Origin: Minisyncoccota bacterium | GTDB taxonomy: Bacteria > Patescibacteriota > Minisyncoccia > Phycocordibacterales > Phycocordibacteraceae | Assembly (NCBI GenBank): GCA_022842945.1 | Contig: JALHOO010000002.1 | Coordinates: 103,180-167,179, forward strand | Direction of reading: 5' to 3' | Length of the DNA: 64,000 nt | In this document: one piece after another, positions 54,731 to 64,000 of the stretch | Numbering within the stretch: position 1 is the stretch's first letter | Layout of the letters: every line of letters begins with the position of its first letter | The notes under the pieces: model-generated | What the model was told of the DNA's origin: nothing | Database searches by the model: none | The model's input: the letters and a program-made list of their open reading frames with translations, nothing else | Translations under genes and position numbers: made by a program

Positions 54731-56400
54731 TCTCGCGGAAGATCAACAACCCTGAAGACCTCGTCGAGAGAAGTTTCTCCTGCAAGTGCCTTGAGTACAC
54801 CATCCTGCGCCATGGTTAGGAATCCTTGGCGACGTACATGCTTTGCGATGTCGCCCTCGCTTGGGTTCTCGCGTAGATAGTTTCCAAGTTCGTCATCCAT
54901 GAATATGGCTTCGTGTACGCCGGTGCGTCCTTTGTATCCGGTCTGTTCAGCGCTCTTCGGGTCAGGTACCCATACGGTGTCGAGAGAGCTAGGCATGAGG
55001 CTCGGGTCTGCGATGGTGGAGAGTACTTTCTGCATAAGTGCTTTTTGCTCTTCTGTAGCAGGCACCTGTTTCTTAGCTTCAGGGTCTAGGGTGCGCACCA
55101 GACGCTGTGCCATGGCAACGGATACCGCAGACGCAAAGGTCTTAGGGTCCACCCCAAGATCAACAAGGCGAGGGAAGGTTCCGGCGGCGTTGTTGGTGTG
55201 GAGTGTTGAGAACACAAAGTGTCCGGTGAGGGCGGCTTGAACCGCCGTCTCTGCAACTTCGCCGTCGCGCACTTCTCCAACCATGATTACGTCAGGGTCC
55301 TGGCGAAGTACCGACCGGAGACCAGAGGCGAATGTGTACTGCTTGCCGTCGGTCTGTGTCTGCACAATACCTGGGAGGTGGTACTCGATAGGGTCTTCGA
55401 TCGTAACAATCTTGATTTCAGGGGTATGAATATGACGCAGGAATGCGTACAGCGTCGTGGTCTTTCCGGAGCCCGTTGGTCCTGTAACCAGAAGCATGCC
55501 GGTGGGGCGTGCTATTTCCTTGGTAAGACGCTCAAGAAGATTTGCGCGGATACCAAGCTTTTCAAACGAGACGCCCAGTATAGAAGGGTCGAGGATACGC
55601 ATAACGAACGACTCGCCGTATGCGCCGGGAATAAGGGAGGTGCGAATCTCAACCTCAGAGTCGCCAACCGGCACCGTGAAGCGACCGTCCTGCGCGCGGT
55701 CCCTAACGTTGATTTTGAGTCCTGAAAGGAGCTTGATGCGAGAGGACAGGAGATTGTAGGTGTGTGCATCAAACGTGTACGCGTCTACCAGCTGGCCATC
55801 AAGACGAAGTCTCAGACGAATACCAACCTCTTCAGGCTCAAGGTGTATGTCAGACGCGCGCAGTGCAAAGGCAGTTGCAAGAACGAACTCAAGAACTCGA
55901 GAGACCTGTGCACGTGCTCCCGCGGTTAGTGTTTCGTCCAGCTGCGCACGAAGGCTTGCGAGGGAGGTTAGTTTCTCACGAAGCTCATGCAGCTCTTCTC
56001 CACGAATATCAAAAACTCCGGCCTTACTTTCACTTGCGAGTGAGAGCTCCATGTAGCGAGCATACGCGCGCTCAAGACTCTTTCGAGAGACCAGGAAACG
56101 ATTCAGGATAAACCCATTCGCCTCAAGTGCGTGTTCTACCTGCGCATACGGCACACTACTTGGGTTCCTAACGGCAATTGAGAGATGCTTCCCGCTCTTA
56201 TCAAATGCCACTACCTCAGCCTCTTTCGCTTCTTTCTCTGGGATGAGGCGAAGTGCATCCACGTTAATGGGCATGATGGTAAGGTCGGTGTAGGCGTAGC
56301 CGTACTTTTCTGAGAGTACGCGCGCCAGATCCTCTTCTTCTTGTGCGCGAACGCTATCGAGCTTCGCGTCTTCAGCGTCTGTATCAAACTGTGCGGGCAT
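54727..56400 (-). CDS. second GspE/PilB-family secretion ATPase (orphan)
   Basis: Walker A VTGPTGSGKTTTLYAFL, Asp box, His box, and tetracysteine-less C-terminus. N-terminal GspE_N-like domain. Confidence 0.85.
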   Translation of the reverse strand: MPAQFDTDAEDAKLDSVRAQEEEDLARVLSEKYGYAYTDLTIMPINVDALRLIPEKEAKEAEVVAFDKSGKHLSIAVRNPSSVPYAQVEHALEANGFILNRFLVSRKSLERAYARYMELSLASESKAGVFDIRGEELHELREKLTSLASLRAQLDETLTAGARAQVSRVLEFVLATAFALRASDIHLEPEEVGIRLRLRLDGQLVDAYTFDAHTYNLLSSRIKLLSGLKINVRDRAQDGRFTVPVGDSEVEIRTSLIPGAYGESFVMRILDPSILGVSFEKLGIRANLLERLTKEIARPTGMLLVTGPTGSGKTTTLYAFLRHIHTPEIKIVTIEDPIEYHLPGIVQTQTDGKQYTFASGLRSVLRQDPDVIMVGEVRDGEVAETAVQAALTGHFVFSTLHTNNAAGTFPRLVDLGVDPKTFASAVSVAMAQRLVRTLDPEAKKQVPATEEQKALMQKVLSTIADPSLMPSSLDTVWVPDPKSAEQTGYKGRTGVHEAIFMDDELGNYLRENPSEGDIAKHVRRQGFLTMAQDGVLKALAGETSLDEVFRVVDLPRD

Positions 56401-56459
56401 GGTCTCTATACTACCGCGCCTCTAAGCGCGTTCCTACCGAGCTTGGTACAATTACTCCC

Positions 56460-56900
56460 ATGAGATCCGGGATAACCGTGGAGAGTCCAGAAGCGTTTGC
56501 TGCAGAGGCAGGTGCGTTCGCGCGGAGTCTCGTTCCAAAAGAGAGCGGAGCGACGTTGGTTACCCTCTCAGGAGACCTGGGTGCTGGCAAAACGACGTTT
56601 ACTCAAGGACTCGCGAAAGCGCTTGGCGTATCAGAACCCGTTACGAGCCCTACGTTTGTGCTTGCAAAGTCGTACCACCTTCCTGAAGGTCCTTTTAAAA
56701 AGCTCGTGCACATTGACGCGTACCGGTTAACAGAAGGGAAGGACCTTGCACCGCTGGCCTTTTCCGAAGTCATTGAAGATGCGGAAACTATCGTTATGCT
56801 CGAGTGGCCCGAAATTGTGGCGGACGCACTTCCCGCTATCGACGTCGCGGTGTCGATACTGATGCTTCCGGACGGCTCGCGTACTATTTCCTATGCCTAA
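56460..56900 (+). CDS. tsaE: tRNA threonylcarbamoyladenosine biosynthesis ATPase TsaE
   Basis: GDLGAGKTTFTQGLAKALGV...PVTSPTFVL; short P-loop protein. Track start 56343 overlaps pilB-like gene, so trimmed to ATG 56460. Confidence 0.8.
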   Translation: MRSGITVESPEAFAAEAGAFARSLVPKESGATLVTLSGDLGAGKTTFTQGLAKALGVSEPVTSPTFVLAKSYHLPEGPFKKLVHIDAYRLTEGKDLAPLAFSEVIEDAETIVMLEWPEIVADALPAIDVAVSILMLPDGSRTISYA

Positions 56901-59271
56901 AAGCACGTCTACAAAGCCACTTCGTCTCGTGCTCTTGGATGCGCACGCGATTATTCATCGTGCGTATCACGCGCTCCCTGATTTCACGGCGCCAGACGGG
57001 CAACCAACTGGTGCGCTCTACGGACTCGCGTCCATGCTGCTCCGTATCGCAACTGATCTAAAACCTGACTACATCGTTGCGTGTTACGACCTAGCAGGAC
57101 CAACAGTGCGTCACGAAGCATACGAAGACTACAAGTCCACACGCTCTTCCATAGACGATGCGCTCATAGCCCAACTCAACACGTCCCGGAATGTATTCAA
57201 AGCATTCTGCGTTCCCACATACGAGAAGGCAGGATTTGAGGCAGACGATATCCTCGGCACTATCGTAGAGAAGTTGAAGGACGATCCGAATACCGAGATT
57301 ATCATCGCGTCTGGCGACATGGACACGATGCAGCTCATCGAAGGCAAGAAGGTGCAGGTATACACCCTGAAGAAGGGACTGAACGACACTATCCTCTACG
57401 ACGAACAGGCAGTGCTTGAGCGCTACGGATTCCTACCCGCACTCATTGCAGACTATAAGGGTCTTCGCGGCGACCCGTCCGACAACATTAAGGGTGTGCC
57501 CGGTATTGGAGAGAAGACGGGAACTGAGCTCATCCAGAAGTTTGGCTCTGTAGAAGAGATATACAAGACACTAAAGAAGAACGAGAACGCATTCCTTGAG
57601 GCGGGCGTAAAGCCCCGTATCGTAAACCTCCTCAAGGAACATGAGGAAGATGCGCACTTCTCAAAGTCCCTCGCAACCATCAGGCTCGATGCGCCCATAA
57701 CATTTAAGCTTCCAGCAAAAGAATGGAGAGACACTATCTCAATTCCGAACCTGCTCGCGCTCTTTGACGAACTTGGCTTCCGCTCTTTACGGGGAAGGGT
57801 ACACGCGTTGCTTGGAGAGAGTGACGAGGAAGAAGAGGAAGACGTACTCGAAGAAGAAGAGGTTCCAGAGATCCGTCTTCAGGAAGCAAAGGTTATGCTC
57901 TGGCTTTTGTATTCAGATTTCACAAACCCCACGCTCGACGACATTCTCGCGTATACCAAAGCCAAGAACTTTGACGAGGCATACGCGTCTCTTGAAAAGA
58001 GCCTTGCCGAAACCGGTCGCTTGAAAGAGCTGTACGAGACTATGGAGCGCCCTCTCATTGCGGTGCTCGAGGCAATGCATGAGAACGGTGTGCGCATCGA
58101 CACCAAGGTTCTCGAGACACTTCAGAAGGAATACCGAAAGGATCTAGAGGTTATAGAACAACGCATATACAAGACCGCAGGGCACGAGTTTAATATTAGT
58201 TCTCCAAAGCAACTTGGAGACGTGCTCTTCGACGAGCTCGGTCTTGCGGCCAAAGGCCAGAAGAAGACCGCCACGGGCCAGCGCTCAACGAAGGAATCTG
58301 AACTCGAGAAACTCAAGGACGCGCACCCTATCATTAACGACGTACTGGAGTTCCGCGGACTGCAGAAGCTCCTCTCTACGTATATCGAAGCACTCCCGCC
58401 CTTGCTCGACGAAGGGAATAGGCTCCATGCGCAGTTCTTGCAGACTGGTGCCGTTACCGGACGCATGGCGAGCCAGAACCCGAACCTTCAGAACATTCCT
58501 ATACGCACCGAGCGCGGACGCGCTATTAGGAATGCTTTTATTCCGCGCGACGGATACACGCTCGTTGGGCTCGATTACTCGCAGATAGAGTTACGCATCG
58601 CGGCTATTCTTTCGGGAGACGAGAAACTTAAGGCTATATTCAAGAGCGGTCGCGATGTGCACACGGAAGTTGCAGCGGCAGTGTTTAAGGTTGCTCCAGA
58701 AGACGTGGATCGCGAGATGCGCAGACGTGCGAAGATCATCAACTTCGGCATCCTCTACGGCATGGGGGTAAACGCACTTAAGACTCAGCTCGGTACTTCG
58801 CTCGGCGAAGCACACACGTTCTACGATGATTACTTCGCAACCTTCGACACCCTCGCAAAGTACCTAGAGTCCACGCGCGGATTCGCACGCAAGCACGGAT
58901 ACACCGAGACTATGTTTGGTAGACGCAGGCAATTCCCGGAGATGAAATCGTCTCTGCCATATGTTCGCGCACAAGCAGAGCGCATGGCTATTAATGCGCC
59001 GATTCAGGGAACTCAAGCGGATCTTATTAAGCTCGCTATGGTGCGGGTGGATGCTCTGCTGAAAGAGCTGGGTGCGCGCGAAGATGCACACCTTCTTCTT
59101 CAGGTGCACGACGAGCTCGTATACGAAGTGCGTGCAGACCGCGTTGCAGAACTTTCCGCTCAGGTTCGCAGAACTATGGAGGAAGCGCTTCCTGAGGAAC
59201 TCGCAGACGGTGTCCCGATACTTGCAGAAGCCAAGGCGGGTCCCAACTGGGGACATATGGAACTTCTATGA
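56893..59271 (+). CDS. polA: DNA polymerase I (5'-3' exonuclease + polymerase domains, no obvious 3'-5' exonuclease domain)
   Basis: N-terminal FEN-like domain (LVLLDAHAIIHRAYHA). Polymerase motifs A (DYSQIELRIAA), B (RRRAKIINFGILYGMG) and C (QVHDELVYEV). Confidence 0.9.
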   Translation: MPKSTSTKPLRLVLLDAHAIIHRAYHALPDFTAPDGQPTGALYGLASMLLRIATDLKPDYIVACYDLAGPTVRHEAYEDYKSTRSSIDDALIAQLNTSRNVFKAFCVPTYEKAGFEADDILGTIVEKLKDDPNTEIIIASGDMDTMQLIEGKKVQVYTLKKGLNDTILYDEQAVLERYGFLPALIADYKGLRGDPSDNIKGVPGIGEKTGTELIQKFGSVEEIYKTLKKNENAFLEAGVKPRIVNLLKEHEEDAHFSKSLATIRLDAPITFKLPAKEWRDTISIPNLLALFDELGFRSLRGRVHALLGESDEEEEEDVLEEEEVPEIRLQEAKVMLWLLYSDFTNPTLDDILAYTKAKNFDEAYASLEKSLAETGRLKELYETMERPLIAVLEAMHENGVRIDTKVLETLQKEYRKDLEVIEQRIYKTAGHEFNISSPKQLGDVLFDELGLAAKGQKKTATGQRSTKESELEKLKDAHPIINDVLEFRGLQKLLSTYIEALPPLLDEGNRLHAQFLQTGAVTGRMASQNPNLQNIPIRTERGRAIRNAFIPRDGYTLVGLDYSQIELRIAAILSGDEKLKAIFKSGRDVHTEVAAAVFKVAPEDVDREMRRRAKIINFGILYGMGVNALKTQLGTSLGEAHTFYDDYFATFDTLAKYLESTRGFARKHGYTETMFGRRRQFPEMKSSLPYVRAQAERMAINAPIQGTQADLIKLAMVRVDALLKELGAREDAHLLLQVHDELVYEVRADRVAELSAQVRRTMEEALPEELADGVPILAEAKAGPNWGHMELL

Positions 59272-59921
59272 TCTATCTCTTTCACGGCACGGACACGGGG
59301 AAGGCACGCGCCAAGGCATTTGCGTGGATTGCCGCTGCGCGCGCGAAAGCTCCGGACGCCGCATACATACGGCTGCAGGGAAGCCAGATAACAGAAGAGG
59401 CGCTACGAAATGCCATAAGCGCGCAGGGACTCTTCTTTGCGAAGTCCCTCATTCTTATAGACGACCCCTTCGCAGACGAAGAGTCTGGAGAGACTGTGCT
59501 CGAGCTTCTTCCAACACTCGCAGGGTCCGGGAACCCGGTTGGCATACTGGCACCCAAGCTTCTTGCGGCACAGGCGAAGAAGCTTGAAGCGGCAGCGAGC
59601 AAGGTCTTTAAAGAAGATGCTGTCCCAAAGAAGGCACAGGGATTTAATAGCGCGCTCGTTAATGCACTTGGAAGCAAGGACGGTGCAGGGTTATGGAAAG
59701 AGATCGTATCAGCAGAAAGGAATGGTGACGTACCTGAAGCACTGCACGGCCTTCTGCACTGGAAAGCTCGCGACATGATGCAGAAGGGGAGTGCTGTATG
59801 GGGGAAGGATGGAGCACGTGCTCTTTCTCTACAGCTTATTGAGTTGGTCTCAAGCGCACGTGGGGGAGGGTTGCCGCTTGGTACAGCACTCGAACACTTC
59901 GCGCTTTCGCTGAAGAAATAA
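59268..59921 (+). CDS. hypothetical protein, possibly DNA polymerase III delta-subunit-like
   Basis: MIYLFHGTDTGKARAK... start resembles HolA N-termini. 4-nt ATGA overlap with the polA stop. Confidence 0.35.
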   Translation: MIYLFHGTDTGKARAKAFAWIAAARAKAPDAAYIRLQGSQITEEALRNAISAQGLFFAKSLILIDDPFADEESGETVLELLPTLAGSGNPVGILAPKLLAAQAKKLEAAASKVFKEDAVPKKAQGFNSALVNALGSKDGAGLWKEIVSAERNGDVPEALHGLLHWKARDMMQKGSAVWGKDGARALSLQLIELVSSARGGGLPLGTALEHFALSLKK

Positions 59922-59926
59922 TTGTG

Positions 59927-59999
59927 TGCGCCCGCCTGGGCTCGAACCAGGGACCGTCTCCTTAAAAGGGAGCTGCTCTACCAACTGAGCTACGGGCGC
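59927..59999 (-). tRNA. tRNA-Lys (anticodon TTT)
   Basis: GCGCCCG TAGCTCAGTTGGTAGAGC A GCTCC CTTTTAA GGAGA CGGTC CCTGG TTCGAGC CCAGG CGGGCGC A. Confidence 0.75.
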
Positions 60000-60032
60000 A
60001 ATATGCTTCTTTCGCACTTGGACGTTATACCG

Positions 60033-60959
60033 CTAATACGTATACAGGTCTACCGTTCGTCCTTCAGTATCAAGTAGCTTAACGGCGTCTCTGGAAGATT
60101 TCCAGAACTCGTCAGAGCGTCCACGAGAGTTCTCGTGTTCTAGATATATGCGCCACGTGTCGCCCGTGAAATCCGCGTCCGCACTGTGTGTAGCAACACA
60201 ACCGCTGTACGTAAGGCGATCGTCGATGAACTGGATGCAGGCATTTGATACGGAGCGGTCACTTGGGGTGTCGCAGGTGGCCGTACTTTGCATGCGCTCG
60301 TAACAACGATCGTCACGAAGTGCATTGCCCGAGTAATACCGATCGAACTCCCGTGCTGCGTCAGGGCATTGATTACTTACGCTCGGGAAGAAGCCCTGAT
60401 TGCGCGTGAGGTATCCAATACACATGTTCTCCTTAAAGGAGACCCCGATAGGGGACTCGCCCGTAACAACAATAGCTTCGTCTCCAGGATTGAGCACAAT
60501 GCGCCCTGTACTGTTTACGCGACCAGAGCGCGGAAGGCTCGCGCCCTCTGGAATGCGCACACTTCTTCCAGACGCTCCTGAAACGAGCCTCCAGTCAGTT
60601 ATGTCAACACTCACGTCTCCACGCGCACGAAGCACTATGTACTCCTTGTCCGCGTCCTCGCTACTAACACCCGCAACACTTGAGACTTCAACCTGCCCCT
60701 TCTGGGGAGACGCAACATCATTTGCGCCAATATTCATGCCTCCTGAAAAGCTGCCGCCCATAATGTCAGACCATACGCTGCGTGCACGGAAATCAACCGT
60801 AGGGGTGTCGCCGTATCCTTGCTGAATAGTGTCGACATCTGTTATGGGCGTAATGTAGGGACCTGCGAACGATATGGGTTTGGTTGGTCCGCCGGTTGCG
60901 AACCAGAGTATGAAAAAGAAGGCGAGGACGCCGAGAAAGAAAACTCCGTCGCTTTGCAT
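60033..60959 (-). CDS. secreted/membrane-anchored hypothetical protein with Cys-rich C-terminal part
   Basis: N-terminal hydrophobic segment VFFLGVLAFFFILWFATGG. 308 aa with 8 Cys in the C-terminal third. Confidence 0.4.
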   Translation of the reverse strand: MQSDGVFFLGVLAFFFILWFATGGPTKPISFAGPYITPITDVDTIQQGYGDTPTVDFRARSVWSDIMGGSFSGGMNIGANDVASPQKGQVEVSSVAGVSSEDADKEYIVLRARGDVSVDITDWRLVSGASGRSVRIPEGASLPRSGRVNSTGRIVLNPGDEAIVVTGESPIGVSFKENMCIGYLTRNQGFFPSVSNQCPDAAREFDRYYSGNALRDDRCYERMQSTATCDTPSDRSVSNACIQFIDDRLTYSGCVATHSADADFTGDTWRIYLEHENSRGRSDEFWKSSRDAVKLLDTEGRTVDLYTY

Positions 60960-60963
60960 AGCT

Positions 60964-62244
60964 CTATAGTACCAAGCCCTTCTTCAGTTTCCGTAGTTCT
61001 TCACGCACCACCTCAGCGTCACTCCACGGCGTCCTCGTATCGTTCGCTTCCATGATGTAGGGGTCAGTCCCTTTGCCGGTTACGAGCACAGCGTCTCCTG
61101 TGTGTGCAAGCGATAGCGCATGTGCGATGGCTTCTCTGCGGTCCATGATGATGGTTGGCTTCTTCTCCATACCGTCTGCCATTGCGTCAACAATTGCGCG
61201 CGGGTCCTCCTCGTACGGATCTTCGTTCGTAAGGATAACTTCGTCGCAGTACTCTTCGGCGATAGCTCCCATCTCCGGGCGCTTCCAGGTATCACGTCCG
61301 CCGCCGGTGTTTCCAAGTACGCAGATGCGACGCGTTGGGTACGCTTCGTAGAGCGCCTTTAGAGAGTCTGGTGTGTGTGCGTAGTCCACAATGGCTTGGA
61401 AGTCCTGGCCCTCTTCAATTCTTTCCGTGCGTCCCGGAATGCGGTCAAGTTGTGCGAGTGCCTCTGCACAGGTTTCAAGCGGTACACCAAGGAACCGTGC
61501 GGCCCTAATAACCGCAAGCGCGTTCATAACACTGAAGCTTCCGGGAAGCTTCATGGAGAAGCGCACGCCTTCATAGGTGAAGGCGACGGTGCCGGGAGCA
61601 TGCACGACATCCGTAACATCCTCGTATGAGAAGGGGAGTTTCTCCTCAACCGAAAGTGCGAGGTATGGCTCGCTGTGTACGTTGTCTTTGTTTGCGATTA
61701 TGGCGCGCGGACGCTTTGGAGAGCGTGCAAGCTCCTTGCCAATCTCAAGTTTGGCGGCTGCGTAGTTCTCGAATGAACCATGCGACTCGATGTGTTCCCT
61801 ATGAAGGTTCGTAAACACAAGTCCATCGAGGTAGAGGTAACGGTGGCGACTCTGGCGAACACTCTCAGAGGTTATCTCGAGAACCGCGTGGGTAGCACCA
61901 GCCTTTCGCGCACGCGCAAGAAACGCATGAATGAACCCGCGTCCGGGCATGGTCATCTTAAAAAGGTTCGGCTCTGAAGTGTCGCGTATGGCAAAACGAA
62001 TAGTGCCCGCAACCGCTGCAGGAATGCCTGCATAGTGAAGGACAGTGAAGAGCATGTCAGACACTGAAGACTTTCCCTTAGTGCCCGTTACACCGATAAC
62101 GGTCATGTGCCGAGCGGGGAACCCATAACTTCCCGCAAGCATGAATGCCATCACGCGGTGATAGAGAGGAAGAAGCGGCCGCACCAACGAGCGGGGAAGC
62201 AGTTTCTTCAAGAATTCAATGAGGGTGTTGAGAATGCGGTACAT
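60964..62244 (-). CDS. Mur ligase family protein (MurE/MurF/MurT-like)
   Basis: VIGVTGTKGKSSVSDMLFTVL P-loop of Mur ligases, middle and C-terminal domains. Only 426 aa. Confidence 0.6.
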   Translation of the reverse strand: MYRILNTLIEFLKKLLPRSLVRPLLPLYHRVMAFMLAGSYGFPARHMTVIGVTGTKGKSSVSDMLFTVLHYAGIPAAVAGTIRFAIRDTSEPNLFKMTMPGRGFIHAFLARARKAGATHAVLEITSESVRQSRHRYLYLDGLVFTNLHREHIESHGSFENYAAAKLEIGKELARSPKRPRAIIANKDNVHSEPYLALSVEEKLPFSYEDVTDVVHAPGTVAFTYEGVRFSMKLPGSFSVMNALAVIRAARFLGVPLETCAEALAQLDRIPGRTERIEEGQDFQAIVDYAHTPDSLKALYEAYPTRRICVLGNTGGGRDTWKRPEMGAIAEEYCDEVILTNEDPYEEDPRAIVDAMADGMEKKPTIIMDRREAIAHALSLAHTGDAVLVTGKGTDPYIMEANDTRTPWSDAEVVREELRKLKKGLVL

Positions 62245-62246
62245 GG

Positions 62247-62792
62247 CTATTTTGCTGAGAGGGCTGCTTTAAGGCGTGCGTCTTTCCCCACAACACTCGC
62301 AGGAATCTTTCCAAGTGTTGCGCGTGCTTCACGGTCGGTGTAGCCGAGTGCCACAAGAGTATCGAATACTTCTCCGTCGTCGCTGTCAGGAGCCGTACCT
62401 CCGCCAACTTTCTCCGAGAGCTCGACCATGAGTTTCTCGGCAGCCTTCTTTCCGAGACCAATAACGCGCGTGAGGTAGTCGAGGTCACGCTTCCCAATAG
62501 CGCCCTCAAGGGCTTCGCGAGGAGCTTTCCTAAGGATGGAGAGTGCGGTCTTTGGTCCAACCCCTGGAACACCCAGTAGAAGCTCGAAGAACTTGCGCTC
62601 AGCCTCGTCTGCAAACCCGTATAGGTCCATACCGTCCTGCTTTATGGCGAGATAGGTCTTGAGAGTAATCTCAGCTCCCTCAGGGTACGTTTCAGGGGAC
62701 ACGACATGGACTAGGGTGCCCCAGCCACTAATATCAAGGACGATGCCCCCAGCTTCCGCTCCCATAACCGTGCCGCGTACGTGTCGGATCAT
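62247..62792 (-). CDS. ruvA: Holliday junction DNA helicase subunit RuvA
   Basis: Track ORF trimmed to MIRHVRGTVMG...; helix-hairpin-helix motifs LLLGVPGVGPKTALSIL; C-terminal domain III. Confidence 0.85.
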   Translation of the reverse strand: MIRHVRGTVMGAEAGGIVLDISGWGTLVHVVSPETYPEGAEITLKTYLAIKQDGMDLYGFADEAERKFFELLLGVPGVGPKTALSILRKAPREALEGAIGKRDLDYLTRVIGLGKKAAEKLMVELSEKVGGGTAPDSDDGEVFDTLVALGYTDREARATLGKIPASVVGKDARLKAALSAK

Positions 62793-62850
62793 GTGAGTAT
62801 CGTAGCATTTCTTGCGCATATGAGCGGAATGCCGTACTATCCGGTCTACA

Positions 62851-63114
62851 ATGGCAATTACGAAGAACGCAAAGAAGGCGCACCGCGCATCCCTCAAGAA
62901 GCACGTTTTCAACGTGCGCCGCAAGCGCACCCTTGCTGACGCTACTAAGGTAGTGAAGAAGGCTATCGGCACCGACCTTAAGGAAGCTGAGAAGTCCCTT
63001 CCAGCTGCTTTTAAGGCAATCGACAAGGCGGCGAAGACCGGTGTTATCAAGAAGAACGCGGCAGACCGCAAGAAGTCCCGTCTCGCTAAGGCAATCGCGC
63101 GCGCGAAAGCGTAA
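62851..63114 (+). CDS. rpsT: 30S ribosomal protein S20
   Basis: MAITKNAKKAHRASLKKHVFNVRRKR... is the basic S20 N-terminus. Confidence 0.9.
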   Translation: MAITKNAKKAHRASLKKHVFNVRRKRTLADATKVVKKAIGTDLKEAEKSLPAAFKAIDKAAKTGVIKKNAADRKKSRLAKAIARAKA

Positions 63115-63126
63115 CGAAGACAAAAG

Positions 63127-63150
63127 AAAAGGCCCGCACAAGCGGGCCTT
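63127..63150 (+). terminator. intrinsic terminator after rpsT
   Basis: aaaaggcccgcacaagcgggccttttctttt. Confidence 0.6.
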
Positions 63151-63159
63151 TTCTTTTAG

Positions 63160-63231
63160 TGCTCCTGGCAGGAATCGAACCTGCATCAATTCCTTCGGAG
63201 GGAACTATCCTATCCATTGAACGACAGGAGC
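63160..63231 (-). tRNA. tRNA-Arg (anticodon CCG)
   Basis: Acceptor GCTCCTG/CAGGAGC, anticodon stem GTTCC/GGAAT with loop CTCCGAA, T-arm GCAGG TTCGATT CCTGC. No encoded CCA. Confidence 0.65.
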
Positions 63232-63258
63232 GAATCTCCATAGTAGCGCACGGGGTGT

Positions 63259-63333
63259 TGGTGCTCTTGGATGGAATCGAACCATCATTACAACTTCCGC
63301 AAAGTTGCGTCCTATCCATTGAACGACAAGAGC
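63259..63333 (-). tRNA. tRNA-Arg (anticodon GCG) with genomically encoded 3' CCA
   Basis: GCTCTTG...CAACT TTGCGGA AGTTG...ATGG TTCGATT CCAT CAAGAGC A CCA. Confidence 0.7.
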
Positions 63334-63366
63334 GTATCAGGACTCTACCGCACCCTTTACCTTAAA

Positions 63367-63840
63367 TCAAAGTCTGAGCATCTCTATGATGCGGTCTATG
63401 ACGGACTCGTCGTGGCGACCCTCCTCGACATGCTCTGCGAAGAACTCATATATCTCAACTGGATCATGGCCAACGATAGGGATAATGAGGTGCGGGGCGA
63501 GGAGCTTATGGGTGCGAATAGAGAGGGCAGGGGGCAGGTTCGGGTCGATGTACTCAAGCACCGAGAAGGAGACGATGCTGTCATAGTCGTACAAGTTCTC
63601 ATCCACCATCACCCCCTCGTCCGTTATAGAGAAGTGGTGAACGCGAGGACGCGTGATGGTAGAGAGTGCGAGGGTTACGCTCGCGGCGATGATGAGAAGC
63701 GCGAGAATAACATTCCCAAACAGAATGCTCGCAATAGCACTCGCTACCGCAATGATGCCGAGTGCCCAATACCAATCAGAACTCTTCTCTTCGAAGAGGT
63801 ATCCTTCTGCATCCCACTCAAAAAAGACCGCGCGTGCCAT
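63367..63840 (-). CDS. hypothetical membrane protein
   Basis: Two TM helices (WYWALGIIAVASAIASILFGNVILALLIIAASVTLAL). Track start 63891 trimmed to MARAVFF. Confidence 0.35.
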   Translation of the reverse strand: MARAVFFEWDAEGYLFEEKSSDWYWALGIIAVASAIASILFGNVILALLIIAASVTLALSTITRPRVHHFSITDEGVMVDENLYDYDSIVSFSVLEYIDPNLPPALSIRTHKLLAPHLIIPIVGHDPVEIYEFFAEHVEEGRHDESVIDRIIEMLRL

Positions 63841-63910
63841 AGATACACGAATGATAGCACTGCATGTGCGCACATGAGCGTGTATGAACACTTATATCTT
63901 CGTAACACTT

Positions 63911-63998
63911 TGGCGGAGGAGGCGAGATTCGAACTCGCGGTACCTTTCAGTACGGCGCATTTCAAGTGCGCTGGAATAAACCACTATCCGACTCCTCC
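63911..63998 (-). tRNA. tRNA-Ser (anticodon TGA) with encoded CCA
   Basis: GGAGGAG...GCGCA CTTGAAA TGCGC, long variable hairpin GTACTGAAAGGTAC, GCGAG TTCGAAT CTCGC, CTCCTCC G CCA. Has Ser identity pairs G2:C71 and A3:U70. Confidence 0.75.
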
Positions 63999-64000
63999 AA

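Noticed and set aside
1-64000. CRISPR arrays
   Set aside because: No series of regularly spaced direct repeats was seen. The repeats present are palindromic hairpins or protein-coding tandem repeats.

Overview
The window is a gene-dense chromosomal segment of a small-genome bacterium. The Candidate-Phyla-Radiation / Saccharibacteria-like assignment is an inference from gene content and operon style. Genes are tightly packed and many start one codon after the upstream stop with no Shine-Dalgarno sequence. The window spans the replication origin: rpmH-rnpA-yidC is divergent from dnaA-dnaN, with DnaA-box-like motifs in the dnaA-dnaN spacer. Housekeeping genes recognised from motifs are tpiA (partial), nusA, ppa, clpP, rny, hup, lysA, cca, xth, xerC/D, rpsO, uvrD/pcrA, rsmA, PBP1A, ruvC, yebC, ruvB, ruvA, tsaE, polA, a Mur ligase and rpsT. 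There are two accessory systems. The first is a type IV pilus locus (1169-8215) with PilB, PilC and three unusually large pilin-like proteins carrying class III (prepilin) signal peptides; a second orphan PilB-like ATPase lies at 54727-56400. The second is a 13-kb type IV secretion-like cluster (31642-44470) with a VirB6/TrbL-like polytopic protein, a VirB2-like pilin with a Cys-rich tail and a VirB4-family ATPase. Three consecutive ORFs (VirB3-like, VirB4 N-terminal part, VirB4 ATPase part) are collinear in one reading frame, each separated by a single stop codon followed by NNN-ATG; a fourth downstream membrane-protein ORF (40856-41362) continues the same frame and junction pattern. A tRNA island (15735-19261) carries an IS1595-family transposase. 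Next to it is a class II tRNA with serine identity elements but a CCA (Trp) anticodon. Ten tRNAs are present in total; two carry an encoded CCA end. Other features: a secreted protein combining a peptidoglycan-binding domain with about three acidic 65-aa repeats, a palindromic TTTCACGTGAAA / GTTTTCACGTGGAACAG repeat family in and after cca, and several intrinsic terminators. No CRISPR array was found. Hand-derived coordinates (tRNAs, trimmed starts, hairpins) may be off by 1-2 nt.
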